This document shows, piece by piece, positions 10,143 to 20,203 of a DNA stretch of 64,000 nt. The translations under genes were made by a program, and so were the position numbers. This DNA is from a virus, in the IMG/VR virus record IMGVR_UViG_3300033149_003715, positions 80,174 through 144,173 of that record. One strand, 5' to 3'. The notes beneath the pieces were generated by a model that did no database searches, was not told the DNA's origin, and saw only the letters and a list, made by a program, of their open reading frames with translations. Position 1 is the stretch's first letter; each line of letters opens with the position of its first letter.

Positions 10143-10433
10143 TTAGTTTTCTAATTTAAAATATCGCTTTGCTCTTTCTTTCATCTCCTTGATGGTTTCA
10201 CCTATAATATCATAATCCCATGATGAACGAATAGCTGGATGTACATTGCTACCTTTTTTAGCTCGGCCGATTGCAATTTCTAATCCTCGTTTTTTGTCGA
10301 ATTTATCGCGTGGACAACACTGTGACCAACCTATTTTATCTTTATCAAGTGCGACTACTACTCCTATGGGTTTATCGCAAAATCTCACATATTTTACTAA
10401 AACCTTTTTACCATTTTCTGTTAATTGACTCAT
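10143..10433 (-). CDS. conserved phage hypothetical protein
   Basis: IGWSQC...DKFDKKRGLEIAIGRA motif. Confidence 0.7.
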   Translation of the reverse strand: MSQLTENGKKVLVKYVRFCDKPIGVVVALDKDKIGWSQCCPRDKFDKKRGLEIAIGRAKKGSNVHPAIRSSWDYDIIGETIKEMKERAKRYFKLEN

Positions 10434-10885
10434 TGGCTAATTTTCCTCACAACAATATTTACATCTTCTAAAGCTTCAAAATGTCCTTCCCACGGTTTAT
10501 ATTTACCATCATATGTATTGTTACGTATGGATTCAACAATTTTCTCTGCTTGTTTGTAATTGTTATATATATCTTCAATGTACCATGCACCATGTGTTAT
10601 ACCAAATGTTCCTCCAGTTTGAAATCTGACTAATACTATATAAACTTCTTGACCAACATTTGGTTTAAATGATACATTATGTAATTCTCTGAAAAAATTT
10701 GCATTTTGTTTGTTTAGGTGTATGTTTTGTAATTCAAAGTTAATATATGATGGTTGAAGATTTGGCCACTCAGTATCTTCTTCTCCTGGACAGATTTCTC
10801 CGCCACTCTCATATTCTATATAATCTACATATAATGGATATTTAGTAACAGTATATTTTTCTTTAATAGTTGATGATATTGTCAT
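10430..10885 (-). CDS. hypothetical protein
   Basis: 151-aa ORF, ATGA overlap. Confidence 0.7.
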   Translation of the reverse strand: MTISSTIKEKYTVTKYPLYVDYIEYESGGEICPGEEDTEWPNLQPSYINFELQNIHLNKQNANFFRELHNVSFKPNVGQEVYIVLVRFQTGGTFGITHGAWYIEDIYNNYKQAEKIVESIRNNTYDGKYKPWEGHFEALEDVNIVVRKISQ

Positions 10886-10912
10886 ACTATTTTCCTTTAT
10901 ATTTTTTGTAGT

Positions 10913-11176
10913 TTATACGTCAACTTCTTTCCAATGTATTAGAATTGCCTCAGCCATACACAAATAGTTTGCTTTTTTCGCTTGTTTATATGCTTCTTGA
11001 CTATTTCCATTTTGTAAATATTGACGACATTTTACTAATGTTTCAATCCTATCTCCATCTATCCAATTACGTTTTTTATTATGAAGAAAAAAGGCAATAT
11101 CAAGATTATAGAGTATTGATTCTTTATGTGGATAGCATTTTAATACTAATTCGTTTGACAACCTATGTGATGACAT
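10913..11176 (-). CDS. hypothetical protein
   Basis: 87-aa ORF. Confidence 0.55.
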   Translation of the reverse strand: MSSHRLSNELVLKCYPHKESILYNLDIAFFLHNKKRNWIDGDRIETLVKCRQYLQNGNSQEAYKQAKKANYLCMAEAILIHWKEVDV

Positions 11177-11187
11177 TCTTTGTGTTG

Positions 11188-11400
11188 TTATAATTTTTGC
11201 TTTATTGTTGTTCGTATTTGTTCATTTATAAGAATTAGAAATGTAACGACAAACAAAATAGATGCAAATGGTGTTAGAGTAATTAACAACAAACATACAG
11301 TGAATATAAACACAAAAGCCAATAATGTATGAAATATAAAAAATAATAGACTTAAAGGTATATTTACAATTTTCTTAAGAAAAGCAATAATCATGATCAA
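11188..11400 (-). CDS. small membrane protein
   Basis: Two hydrophobic stretches. Confidence 0.5.
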   Translation of the reverse strand: MIMIIAFLKKIVNIPLSLLFFIFHTLLAFVFIFTVCLLLITLTPFASILFVVTFLILINEQIRTTIKQKL

Positions 11401-11406
11401 TTTCCA

Positions 11407-12309
11407 TTATGTATAGGAATCTAATAGTTGAATCCAATGTTTTTTAATTTTTTCTTTACTAAAATGTTTGATAGCAATATTGCGGCATATTTTTGATAAA
11501 TCTTGTGCTAAGTCTGGTTTATTTAGCAGATTTTTTATGATTTGTCTTAACCCTAATATGGAATCAGAACATAATTCTTTTGGTAACAGTTGATGTATCT
11601 CATAGGTAGTACCATAATATTTTGTGTCAAATCCTTTATAAAATAATTCTGGTCCTATAGCTACAATTGGTATACCGATCATAAGACATTCAATAAAACC
11701 CAACGTATAACTAGCCGGAAAGGTACCCGTATAAAGCATACAGCGATTTTGTTTTAATGTTCTAACTAATTCGGACGATGGCACTTCTTGATGTCGAATT
11801 ACTCCTTGATTTAAATCCTCATTTCCTTTACCATATAATACTCTTGCAAATCCATCTGTAATCTGCAAAAATTCTTGAAATTTAACATGTTTTGGTCTTT
11901 TTAATACTTTTTTGGAAAAACCACATACTCTTTTAATTTCTCCCGTGTATCCTTTCCAGATATTGGGATCTTTGTAGAATCTAATCACGCTACCACCGGC
12001 ATATTGTGGAATATTGACTTCACATGGCGAACAACGAACAATGTTAATCCCTGATTTTGTATATTTTTTGAGGGCTATTTCCATACCAAGATGAGATTGC
12101 CCAATAGTTCTAAATAAAATTGGTTTATGTTTAATAAGATGGTGGAAATTTTCAAGCCAGTGAAGTCGGTGGACTATTATATAAAGATCACAAGTTAGGT
12201 CTGGTGGTTCATCTAACTTTCCAACAATAATTTCATATCTTAGTTCTTTTAATAAAGATACTTCTGAAGCCATTAAAGAACTATGACATGGATAATAAAA
12301 AATTTTCAT
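11407..12309 (-). CDS. GT-B glycosyltransferase-like protein
   Basis: SYTLGFIECLMIGIPIV and C-terminal AIKHFSKEKIKKHW typical of GT-B. Confidence 0.75.
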   Translation of the reverse strand: MKIFYYPCHSSLMASEVSLLKELRYEIIVGKLDEPPDLTCDLYIIVHRLHWLENFHHLIKHKPILFRTIGQSHLGMEIALKKYTKSGINIVRCSPCEVNIPQYAGGSVIRFYKDPNIWKGYTGEIKRVCGFSKKVLKRPKHVKFQEFLQITDGFARVLYGKGNEDLNQGVIRHQEVPSSELVRTLKQNRCMLYTGTFPASYTLGFIECLMIGIPIVAIGPELFYKGFDTKYYGTTYEIHQLLPKELCSDSILGLRQIIKNLLNKPDLAQDLSKICRNIAIKHFSKEKIKKHWIQLLDSYT

Positions 12310-12524
12310 ATATTGTTTTGTGAAGTATTGTGTGAATAGATATTAGCATCTATCCAACATTTTTCATTACATACAGGACAAATAAATATATAATAACTTT
12401 CATTTCTTGGACTAAAGAAAAATTTACCTTCACTGGGTTTAGAACTAATAATAGATTTACAATAAATACACGTCCATAGTCTTTCTATTTCTTTTTCTGG
12501 TAGTGAACGTTTTATAATTTTCAT
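12306..12524 (-). CDS. zinc-ribbon protein
   Basis: CIYC...CPVC. Confidence 0.65.
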   Translation of the reverse strand: MKIIKRSLPEKEIERLWTCIYCKSIISSKPSEGKFFFSPRNESYYIFICPVCNEKCWIDANIYSHNTSQNNI

Positions 12525-12542
12525 TTTTAAATAATTGCAAAT

Positions 12543-12809
12543 TTATTTCGATTGTCTAAAAGGTAATAACCATTGCAAAAATTGCCACAAGAAATCGTCT
12601 CTATTTCTCTCTCCAGCATCAATTTCGGCTTTTACAGCGTCATAATCCATATAAACTTCTTGATCTGTTTTGAGACTATAAATCAGATTAAATTTAGCCC
12701 ACTTATCTTTTTGACTGCCTGTTAATGGGTGTGAATACACTATTTTTCCTTCATATTTTTCTTGGGAACTTTTACCTTTATTTTGCCGGTTCCGCAACAG
12801 TGTGGACAT
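12543..12809 (-). CDS. hypothetical protein
   Basis: 88-aa ORF, start uncertain. Confidence 0.45.
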   Translation of the reverse strand: MSTLLRNRQNKGKSSQEKYEGKIVYSHPLTGSQKDKWAKFNLIYSLKTDQEVYMDYDAVKAEIDAGERNRDDFLWQFLQWLLPFRQSK

Positions 12810-12949
12810 ATCTTCTCTATTTGTACTGCATCTACAATTTCCGTTCCGTATTGTATTTTTCCATTTTTTAACGGTAATGGAACTCGAATTTTTGTAGGAT
12901 CTAAATCAATAGGATCAATGATATACATTTGTGAAACCTTTCTATTCAT
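12740..12949 (-). CDS. hypothetical protein with CxxCxGxG motif
   Basis: CPHCCGTG. Confidence 0.55.
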   Translation of the reverse strand: MNRKVSQMYIIDPIDLDPTKIRVPLPLKNGKIQYGTEIVDAVQIEKICPHCCGTGKIKVKVPKKNMKEK

Positions 12950-13910
12950 ATGTATATGTCCAACATTTTTCGCAGGGAGTACCTGTCATATCACCTTTTA
13001 ACATAGCAGCCCTCAAATCTTGATACTTTTGACTATGCCAAGCTCCCATGATACCAATTTCTTTTACATTACCCATATCAAAACTGTGATCGTGATTAAA
13101 ACAACATCCAGCAGCGATATTATCGTAAGTAATACGTAACTCAGAAAATAATGCAAAACAATAACCTTGCTGATTGTTGTTTTGTACTCCATATCGTCCA
13201 AAATTACCTTTTACTGGTTTTTTACCCATTAATTCTAAATCTTCAATTGCCATACCACCAGAAGAATATAATGGAAGATAATACATTTCATCAACATATG
13301 GTGCAATTTCTTTTAATGCTTTTTCCATTTTCTCAAATTGTTCGTCGTCATATTTTACACTAGATGCAAATAATCCGCACGAGTAATTATGTTCTTGGCG
13401 AAGATAGTATGCGTCCTTAATATTACGAATAATGGTATGAAAATGTTTTTTATTAACACCAGTTATTTCTTCGTATTGATTTTCATCTGCATAATTAAAA
13501 CTCCATTTGAGACTATCCAAACCAGCATCCATGCATTGTTTTACTTTCTCTTTATTAGCTTCTTTTCCATTGGTTGTTAAAAATACATATTCAATGCCAG
13601 CATCTTTGGCATATTTGATGGCTTGTGGTAATCGTTTATCTAGCATTGATTCCCCGAGATAGAACATACCTGCTTCTTTAATTCCCAAATCCACCATTTC
13701 ATTAATGATTGATTTGTAGTCGTCAAAGTTCATATATCCAGGTTTTCTAAGATTTTGGGCAACACCACAATATTTACATTTGTGAGAACAAATTCCACCA
13801 ACTAATTCAATTTTGATACTTTTTGGTGGTGGTGGTTTTAAGCACAATCGTTCTGGTGAAACTTGTGTAACTTGATCTACTTTATCTGTAATTGTAAACT
13901 TTTTTGTCAT
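12942..13910 (-). CDS. radical SAM protein with SPASM/twitch domain
   Basis: CSHKCKYC, LGESML, LTTNG, C-terminal C...GCC...MGN...W...R...CEKC; start taken at MTKKF. Confidence 0.9.
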   Translation of the reverse strand: MTKKFTITDKVDQVTQVSPERLCLKPPPPKSIKIELVGGICSHKCKYCGVAQNLRKPGYMNFDDYKSIINEMVDLGIKEAGMFYLGESMLDKRLPQAIKYAKDAGIEYVFLTTNGKEANKEKVKQCMDAGLDSLKWSFNYADENQYEEITGVNKKHFHTIIRNIKDAYYLRQEHNYSCGLFASSVKYDDEQFEKMEKALKEIAPYVDEMYYLPLYSSGGMAIEDLELMGKKPVKGNFGRYGVQNNNQQGYCFALFSELRITYDNIAAGCCFNHDHSFDMGNVKEIGIMGAWHSQKYQDLRAAMLKGDMTGTPCEKCWTYTYE

Positions 13911-13935
13911 TTTCAAAGTCCTTTTGTTGGTATAG

Positions 13936-14580
13936 TTATTGCCATTTATTAACCATGCTATCTCTTTCACTTTGACTAAAACTGCTATCAATGGGCAATC
14001 CTCTATGTAGACGCGACCTCATATCTACAACTTTGCTACAAAGTGTATTATATACAGTACCACATATGTTCGTATCATATTGAGCAATAGCTGATGTTTT
14101 AATGCCGAGACTTCTTCCTTCATCAAAAGCATTAATATCGGCACCTAAAAATTGAAAATGCCAATTATACTTATTCTGTTGATGTTCAATCATTTCTTTA
14201 ACTTGTGTTTTTGTAAACTCTATACTGCTATTTTCGTGACCATCCGTAACTATAATAAAGATAACACATCCAGGTTTTTGGTTTTCTTCTAATTTATCTA
14301 AACGTAAACCAACTTCATTAATTGTTCGCCCTACAGCATCTAAAAGAGCAGTACAACCCCGTGGTACTAACTTATATGATCCCACATCTTGAATTGGTGT
14401 TCCATTATATAAAAAATTATACTTTGTATCAAATTCTACCAAGGTAAAATTAGCATTTCCAATAGCTTCTTTTTGTTTTTGTATAAATGTGTTAATTCCA
14501 CCTTCTGCATCAGATTGACATGATACCATAGAACCACTTCTATCTACTACTAATGTAATATCTGTTAAATCTTTTCTCAT
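13936..14580 (-). CDS. vWA domain protein
   Basis: VVDRSGSM MIDAS, TALLDA, IVTDGHEN; likely true start at the second MRKDL. Confidence 0.88.
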   Translation of the reverse strand: MRKDLTDITLVVDRSGSMVSCQSDAEGGINTFIQKQKEAIGNANFTLVEFDTKYNFLYNGTPIQDVGSYKLVPRGCTALLDAVGRTINEVGLRLDKLEENQKPGCVIFIIVTDGHENSSIEFTKTQVKEMIEHQQNKYNWHFQFLGADINAFDEGRSLGIKTSAIAQYDTNICGTVYNTLCSKVVDMRSRLHRGLPIDSSFSQSERDSMVNKWQ

Positions 14581-14786
14581 TATAAATATCTTTCTATTAT
14601 CATTTTGAACTTGAATTGGTGTTCCATTATATAAAAAATTATATTTTGTACCAAATTCTACCAAAGTAAAATTAGCATTTCCAATAGCTTCTTTTTGTTT
14701 TTGTATAAATGTGTTAATTCCACTTTCTGCAAATGTAATATCTGTTAAATCTTTTCTCATTATAAATATCTTTCTATTATCATTTT
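14581..14786 (-). repeat. tandem partial duplicate of the vWA 5' end, with the DRSGS segment deleted
   Basis: Near-identical to 14390-14606 except for an internal deletion and 4 substitutions. Confidence 0.9.
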
Positions 14787-14789
14787 ATA

Positions 14790-15470
14790 TCAAATGTTTT
14801 TAATATATTCTTCTAATCGACAAATTTTTCCTTTGTTGATTAAATTATCTGTAAATTGTTTTTCTAAATCTCCGCGATGATATTGATGATCTTTTGGTTT
14901 GGTGGGAAAATAATGCAAAATTTGACCAGATTGTGATGGTACCAAATGGTCAAAGCCGTGAATTACTATTGGTTCACTTACTATAATACCATAATACACA
15001 TTGTTGGTCAAGGTCAAATCCCCATTTTGGCCACTATTTTCCAAGCTAAAATCACTACTGAATTGATGAACAAAGTAATCAATCGCCAAGATTCCTTGGC
15101 TACACCATTCCTTCATTGGTTGATTCAGGCCAAGTTTTTCTCCTGTTACCTTGGTGACATCAGGTGGTAGTACTTTACAAATATCGCCGTAGACTCCTAA
15201 TACATATTTGACTACTGTTGACATCCATGGTGTCCACTTACAATATGTCATTGCACACACTATAAGTTTAAACCATTCTTTAGGATGCCATATTACATCA
15301 TCACACGCTCGACGAAATAGAATATCTGTTTTTGTACCAATATATTTTTCGTAACCTTTAATTTGAAAATTATTGAATCGTATAACGATATCAAATTTAT
15401 TAATGTATTGTCCAAGTTCTTGATTAAATACTGATGGACCATTACCAACTAAAATCATTGTTTGTTGCAT
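14790..15470 (-). CDS. GT29/sialyltransferase-like protein
   Basis: ILVGNGPS...INKFDIVIRFNN...IGTKTD (L-motif-like), S-x-G, IHGFD, HYF, H...E. Confidence 0.8.
   Translation of the reverse strand: MQQTMILVGNGPSVFNQELGQYINKFDIVIRFNNFQIKGYEKYIGTKTDILFRRACDDVIWHPKEWFKLIVCAMTYCKWTPWMSTVVKYVLGVYGDICKVLPPDVTKVTGEKLGLNQPMKEWCSQGILAIDYFVHQFSSDFSLENSGQNGDLTLTNNVYYGIIVSEPIVIHGFDHLVPSQSGQILHYFPTKPKDHQYHRGDLEKQFTDNLINKGKICRLEEYIKNI
14983..15011 (-). promoter_or_regulatory. sigma70-type promoter inside CDS
   Basis: TTGACC-17 nt-TATTAT with TG extended -10. Confidence 0.55.
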
Positions 15471-15472
15471 TA

Positions 15473-16102
15473 TTATTCTTTTTCGAATTTATAATTGAAA
15501 TACACAATATCTGTATTAAAATAATCTTTCACTATTTGTCGAATTTGATTATTATAATATGTAGAATAATGTTTGTGATTTGTTTTTAACAAATGTGGTA
15601 ATTTATGAAATTTTTCTTCAAGTTTTAAAATGGTGCATAAATTTAACCGATCTTGCTGTAAATTTTCAAATCGTAAAATATGGTTAACGATGATCTGCCC
15701 AATAGGCTTGTTATTGTTAGTTAAATAACACAATTGTGGTATACGACATATATGTGGTACATCTTTAATGTTTCTTTTGTTTTTACATACTAAATTCACA
15801 AATTGCTCAAATGATATTTTTTTAGCAATTACATTTGTTTGAATACAATATTTGTAAGCTGATACCATACGATCATATGGGTTTCTAACTACTGAAAATG
15901 ATACAAAATCATGCCAATTAATTTTATTTTGTAAATCAGATGCAGAAATATGTTTATTTAATTTAATGAACTTGTTATCATTTGTAGGAAAAAAAGATTT
16001 AATACTAGTACCGCCAGTTTTTGGTATATGTATTTGTACAAACCTATAATTTTTATTTACAATAACCATCAACAAATCTATCGTAATCTTTTTGACAATC
16101 AA
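15473..16102 (-). CDS. sulfotransferase family protein
   Basis: IHIPKTGGTSI (5'PSB), VRNPYDRMVSAY (3'PB), RFENL. Confidence 0.9.
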   Translation of the reverse strand: MIVKKITIDLLMVIVNKNYRFVQIHIPKTGGTSIKSFFPTNDNKFIKLNKHISASDLQNKINWHDFVSFSVVRNPYDRMVSAYKYCIQTNVIAKKISFEQFVNLVCKNKRNIKDVPHICRIPQLCYLTNNNKPIGQIIVNHILRFENLQQDRLNLCTILKLEEKFHKLPHLLKTNHKHYSTYYNNQIRQIVKDYFNTDIVYFNYKFEKE

Positions 16103-16811
16103 TATTTAAAGATTTCGTAGTTTGTATTGATTGAATTAAAAATCTATTTTCCAACCACCATAATTGTTCTAATTTCTCGGTTGTGTTATGGAAAGAATTC
16201 ATAATTGATTCTGATCCATAAATAAGATCCAACATATGCGAACTCATAGCATAAACACCAACATTGATATTAAGTGTTTTCGATTTCCATGGAATAGGAT
16301 ATCTTGAATAATATATGGCAAAATCAAATTGATTCAATACTACTTTGGTACGATTATAATTTGGCATATCTAATTCAGTATTTGGCACAACATAGTGCAT
16401 AGCAGCAATGCTAGGAATACCATCTTTAAGTATTTTTGATAATGGTAAAAGATTTACATTTGGGGCATCCCCTTGTACATTGATATAAAAACCTTTACCA
16501 ATTTGTTGACTAGCTAAATAAGTTCTTTCAACACCACATGAAGCTTGACCAGTTGATATTGTGGATGCACCAAATTTTTTACATACTTGTTCAATTTTTG
16601 GAGAATCCGTAGCAATATATACGTCATTAATTCGACAGTTACATGGCAATAACTTATTGAGTTTATTTTTGTTTTCAATTACATTTTCCCATGTATGTTG
16701 AATTAAAGGTTTACCAGTTTTATCTAGCAACATCTTGTTTGGTAAACGACTACTATTTAATCGTGCCGGAATTACAATATAATTATTCATTCTATATGGC
16801 TTGGTTGACAA
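16053..16811 (-). CDS. kdsB: CMP-Kdo synthetase-like cytidylyltransferase
   Basis: IVIPARLNSSRLPNKML, IATD, INVQGD, YYSR, EKLEQL. Confidence 0.82.
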   Translation of the reverse strand: MSTKPYRMNNYIVIPARLNSSRLPNKMLLDKTGKPLIQHTWENVIENKNKLNKLLPCNCRINDVYIATDSPKIEQVCKKFGASTISTGQASCGVERTYLASQQIGKGFYINVQGDAPNVNLLPLSKILKDGIPSIAAMHYVVPNTELDMPNYNRTKVVLNQFDFAIYYSRYPIPWKSKTLNINVGVYAMSSHMLDLIYGSESIMNSFHNTTEKLEQLWWLENRFLIQSIQTTKSLNIDCQKDYDRFVDGYCK

Positions 16812-17257
16812 GTGATTGTTTTACCAGAAATATTTGACGGATTTGGTGGAAGATCAATCTTAATTATATTATCTTCCGTATTGGTATTATTGTTTGTTAT
16901 ACCACCACTAGTAACACGTTGAATATCTTTAGGATTCAACTCATCAATCCAATAAATTTCCAAACATAATGTATCCTGCAAAGCTTCAAATTTGTGTTTA
17001 ATATTTGGTGGAACGTCACTAGTCATACCATCTGTCAATATTGTTACATCTTCGCCATATTTTTTGTATAAAGTAATCTTTAGTTTGCCACTGATTACGT
17101 GAAACCTATTCCATTTATATAGATGACTATGCTGTGAACAATATCCACCAGCTTTTGCGTTAATGATATGTGTTTCAGAAAAAGGTCCAACATAAACGCA
17201 TCTAGTTGTACCCCATACTTTACCATTTTCGCTACCACATAAAGTTTTATGTCCCAT
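16787..17257 (-). CDS. cupin (sugar isomerase-like)
   Basis: KVWG...CSQHSH...FHVISG...VPPNIKHKFEA. Confidence 0.8.
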   Translation of the reverse strand: MGHKTLCGSENGKVWGTTRCVYVGPFSETHIINAKAGGYCSQHSHLYKWNRFHVISGKLKITLYKKYGEDVTILTDGMTSDVPPNIKHKFEALQDTLCLEIYWIDELNPKDIQRVTSGGITNNNTNTEDNIIKIDLPPNPSNISGKTITCQPSHIE

Positions 17258-17266
17258 ATTATACCT

Positions 17267-18669
17267 TCAATATTTTACATATACTCCATATTTTTTAGCC
17301 CAAACCCTAAAATAAATACAAACGGCTTGAGTTTTAAAGTTGTGTGTAAATAATGATTTCATTAATGCTTTACTTTCTGGATGATAATTAAGAAAGCTTT
17401 CTGGTACACGAGTGATACCTTCTAAAAATAATTGGTTGTTAATATGGTCATTACCAAGTACATCAGGACACCATGATAACATATATTCTAATGTTGTAGA
17501 TAATTGTTTTTTAGATAAGGATGGATAATAAATATTTTCTAATTCAATCCATTGTAATAAGTAATGTGATAATTTTGTTTGCGGCTTAATGCGTAAATGT
17601 CTAACATACCCTATAAAGATTTCATCTCAACCATCACCAGCTAAAGTAACAATTACTCCATTTTTGTGATGGGTTCACTAAAAATCTTAGTAGTTTTTTC
17701 TAAATTATTTATAAAATCATCCAAAGAAATATTAAGTTCATGGTGTTTGGTATTATACAAGTTGGTCAATTTTTTAGCTGTTAATGCATCATCATTATAT
17801 CGTTTGTTGTGCTTATCGTTATATTTGAAACTGGTAGTAAACGTATTGATATTTTTATGATATTTTGATGCTTCGTGTAATATTATAGACGAATCTAATC
17901 CTCCGCTAAGAAATAAACCTATCTTGCGTTTACCCATTAAGCATTTTTTGGTTGTTTTACTAATATAATCTTGTAATTCTTCTGGATGATATTCTACATC
18001 AATTAATTGTTTATGCAGATGTAAATCTTCAATAATTCTTTTACTTTTTAAGTCAAATACCAAAACTTGACCGGGATATAATTTTTGAACATATTTGAAG
18101 CACGTTTTAGGTCCCGGTACAAATCCAAAATATGAATATAAACTAAATGCAAACTTATCAAGTTGTGTATCAATGTCACACGCCATTAATGAATCAACAC
18201 TAGATGAAAACGCTATTTTATTGCGTGTTGTATAATATAAAGGCTTAACACCGGATTGGTCTCGTGCTAATGACAATGTATTTTTATTCTTGTCGTACCA
18301 TGCTATAGCAAACATTCCATCTAATTTATATAAAAATTCCTTACCGTATAATTTTAATCCAGTTGCCAAAATTTCTGTATCGGATTCTGTCTGAAAAATA
18401 CATCCTTGATTTTCTAGTTCGATTTTTAAATCAAGATAATTATATATTTCACCATTATATGATAATACGTGTGTATTTTTGTTTGTTTTAATGGTCCACG
18501 GCTGTTTTGATATATTAGCATCATCTGTAATAGCTAATAAATTATGTCCAATACTTATATTCTCATCGCAATAAGTACCGTTATTATCAGGCCCTCTGTA
18601 TTTAGAAGCCTTCATTATTTTAGTTAATATTTTTGGTTGATAACCAATAATACCGTAGATACCACACAT
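17267..18669 (-). pseudogene. asnB: asparagine synthase (glutamine-hydrolysing)-like amidotransferase, disrupted
   Basis: MCGI, RGPD, NGEIYN, SDTE, GMFA, LSGGLDSS; frameshift near 17670, then VTLAGDG*DEIFIGY in another frame; C-terminal part shortened. Confidence 0.8.
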
Positions 18670-19562
18670 TATTTTTTATATTTTTGTGGATTATAATGGA
18701 TGCCTTTAAAATGTCGAATATAATTTCTCAATATTCCATTTTCTACAACATTCATGGATTGTGTTTGAGTATTTACCATGTCTTTAAATTTGATGGTTTT
18801 TACTTCTTCTAGTAATTTTTGTAATATAAAGCTATCATCCCACCGACGATACTGTTTAAATTGATTTGTAAAATAGATGTTTATAAGTTGTCTAAGGAAA
18901 CGGGTTCCGTTTTGATTGCGAAATCCAATAAATCCTGATTCTACACCATACTGTTGTTTTTTTCTATATTCACCCAAATGACCAAAAACATCATATTGAT
19001 CAAAAGTGTCATTAATTAATTGTTGTGTAATTTGTTTTTTGAAAAGAATATCGGAATCAACAAAAATAATAGTAGTGTATATGTTGGTAAACTGTAACGC
19101 CAAATGAAGAGCAACAATTTTTTTGAACCACAATAGTACTTTTTGATTAAAATTTGTTTCATTAGCATCAAATGCTTTAAATGGACAATCTTTTACATGA
19201 ATAATTTTCTTGATTGTGGTAATTTTTAATGCTTTAAATTTTTTAGTTGGTTTTTTTACTTTAACAAACTTTTTCTTTCGTATAATTTTACATTTACAAT
19301 CTTCTATATTGCCTCCATATTGTTTTGGAATAATATCTTTGTTATCTTGGAACCATTTTGTTAATTCTGGTACATTATTCAAATTATGATAATAAAACTG
19401 TTGTGTATTAGATGTTGGTAGTTCATGTATAATACCATCTTCATACACAATCAACATATCACCTTCTATTTGTTTAGTAATAAAAGATGACAACATATTT
19501 TTACCAGTAAGATTAAATAATCTCTTATTAAAAGATGTTACATATAAAATGTTATATTTCAT
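18669..19562 (-). CDS. GT-A-like glycosyltransferase (paralog of 23022..23873)
   Basis: YVTSFN, WFKKIV, DSD motif, VESGF, RRWDD, HFKG. Confidence 0.7.
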   Translation of the reverse strand: MKYNILYVTSFNKRLFNLTGKNMLSSFITKQIEGDMLIVYEDGIIHELPTSNTQQFYYHNLNNVPELTKWFQDNKDIIPKQYGGNIEDCKCKIIRKKKFVKVKKPTKKFKALKITTIKKIIHVKDCPFKAFDANETNFNQKVLLWFKKIVALHLALQFTNIYTTIIFVDSDILFKKQITQQLINDTFDQYDVFGHLGEYRKKQQYGVESGFIGFRNQNGTRFLRQLINIYFTNQFKQYRRWDDSFILQKLLEEVKTIKFKDMVNTQTQSMNVVENGILRNYIRHFKGIHYNPQKYKK

Positions 19563-19564
19563 AG

Positions 19565-20203
19565 TTAATTTTGTGTTAATGTAACTTTTACTACCTGAAC
19601 TTTAATTAGAATTTTGTTGCTAGTGTATATATTATCAATGGGTAACAAATTTGTAACATGATATCGTGGATTTGTTTTCAAATAGTCTATTAATACATGG
19701 CACCCTACATGTTTATGATTTAAATAATAATCGTCAAATAAAACTACAGTATTTGAATGTAAAAATTTTTTAACATTATTCCAATCTTGAGTTATTGTAT
19801 CAACAGAATGTCCACCATCTATAAAAATAAAATCAATAGGTTTATTAGGTACAAATTTTAGTAAAGTGTTTTTCGTATTTCCTTTTATTAATTGATATTC
19901 ACACTTACATTCATCTAATATTCGACATACTTGTTGATATGTCGGTTCAAGTTTTTTACCATGAAATTCATATTCTCGAATTTCTGGTGTTATTTCCTCA
20001 AATAAATCAAACCCATAATAAAAAACGTTATCATTAAATTGTTTAGCTAGTTTTGTCATTTTTATTGCGTTAACACCATTGTATGTTCCAATTTCTAAAA
20101 TAGTTTTTGGTCTATATTCTTTAATAAGAAGAAAAATATTATTATAACGTTGTGCTTTTTTTTTATTCTGTTTCTTCATTAATCTCTTTCCACGCCTGAC
20201 CAC
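19565..20203 (-). CDS. class I SAM methyltransferase (Methyltransf_24-like)
   Basis: ILEIGTYNG, YGFDLFE, FIFIDGGHS, VLFDDY. Confidence 0.88.
   Translation of the reverse strand: MVRRGKRLMKKQNKKKAQRYNNIFLLIKEYRPKTILEIGTYNGVNAIKMTKLAKQFNDNVFYYGFDLFEEITPEIREYEFHGKKLEPTYQQVCRILDECKCEYQLIKGNTKNTLLKFVPNKPIDFIFIDGGHSVDTITQDWNNVKKFLHSNTVVLFDDYYLNHKHVGCHVLIDYLKTNPRYHVTNLLPIDNIYTSNKILIKVQVVKVTLTQN

Noticed and set aside
14390-14786. vWA duplicate as a DGR template/variable repeat pair
   Set aside because: The four mismatches are not adenine-specific on either strand, and no reverse transcriptase is present in the window.
17600-17660. TGA at a conserved Gly position (GDG*DEIF) suggesting UGA-to-Gly recoding
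   Set aside because: Many intact genes here end in TGA, often with ATGA overlaps, and the same gene also has a frameshifting deletion, so pseudogene decay is simpler.
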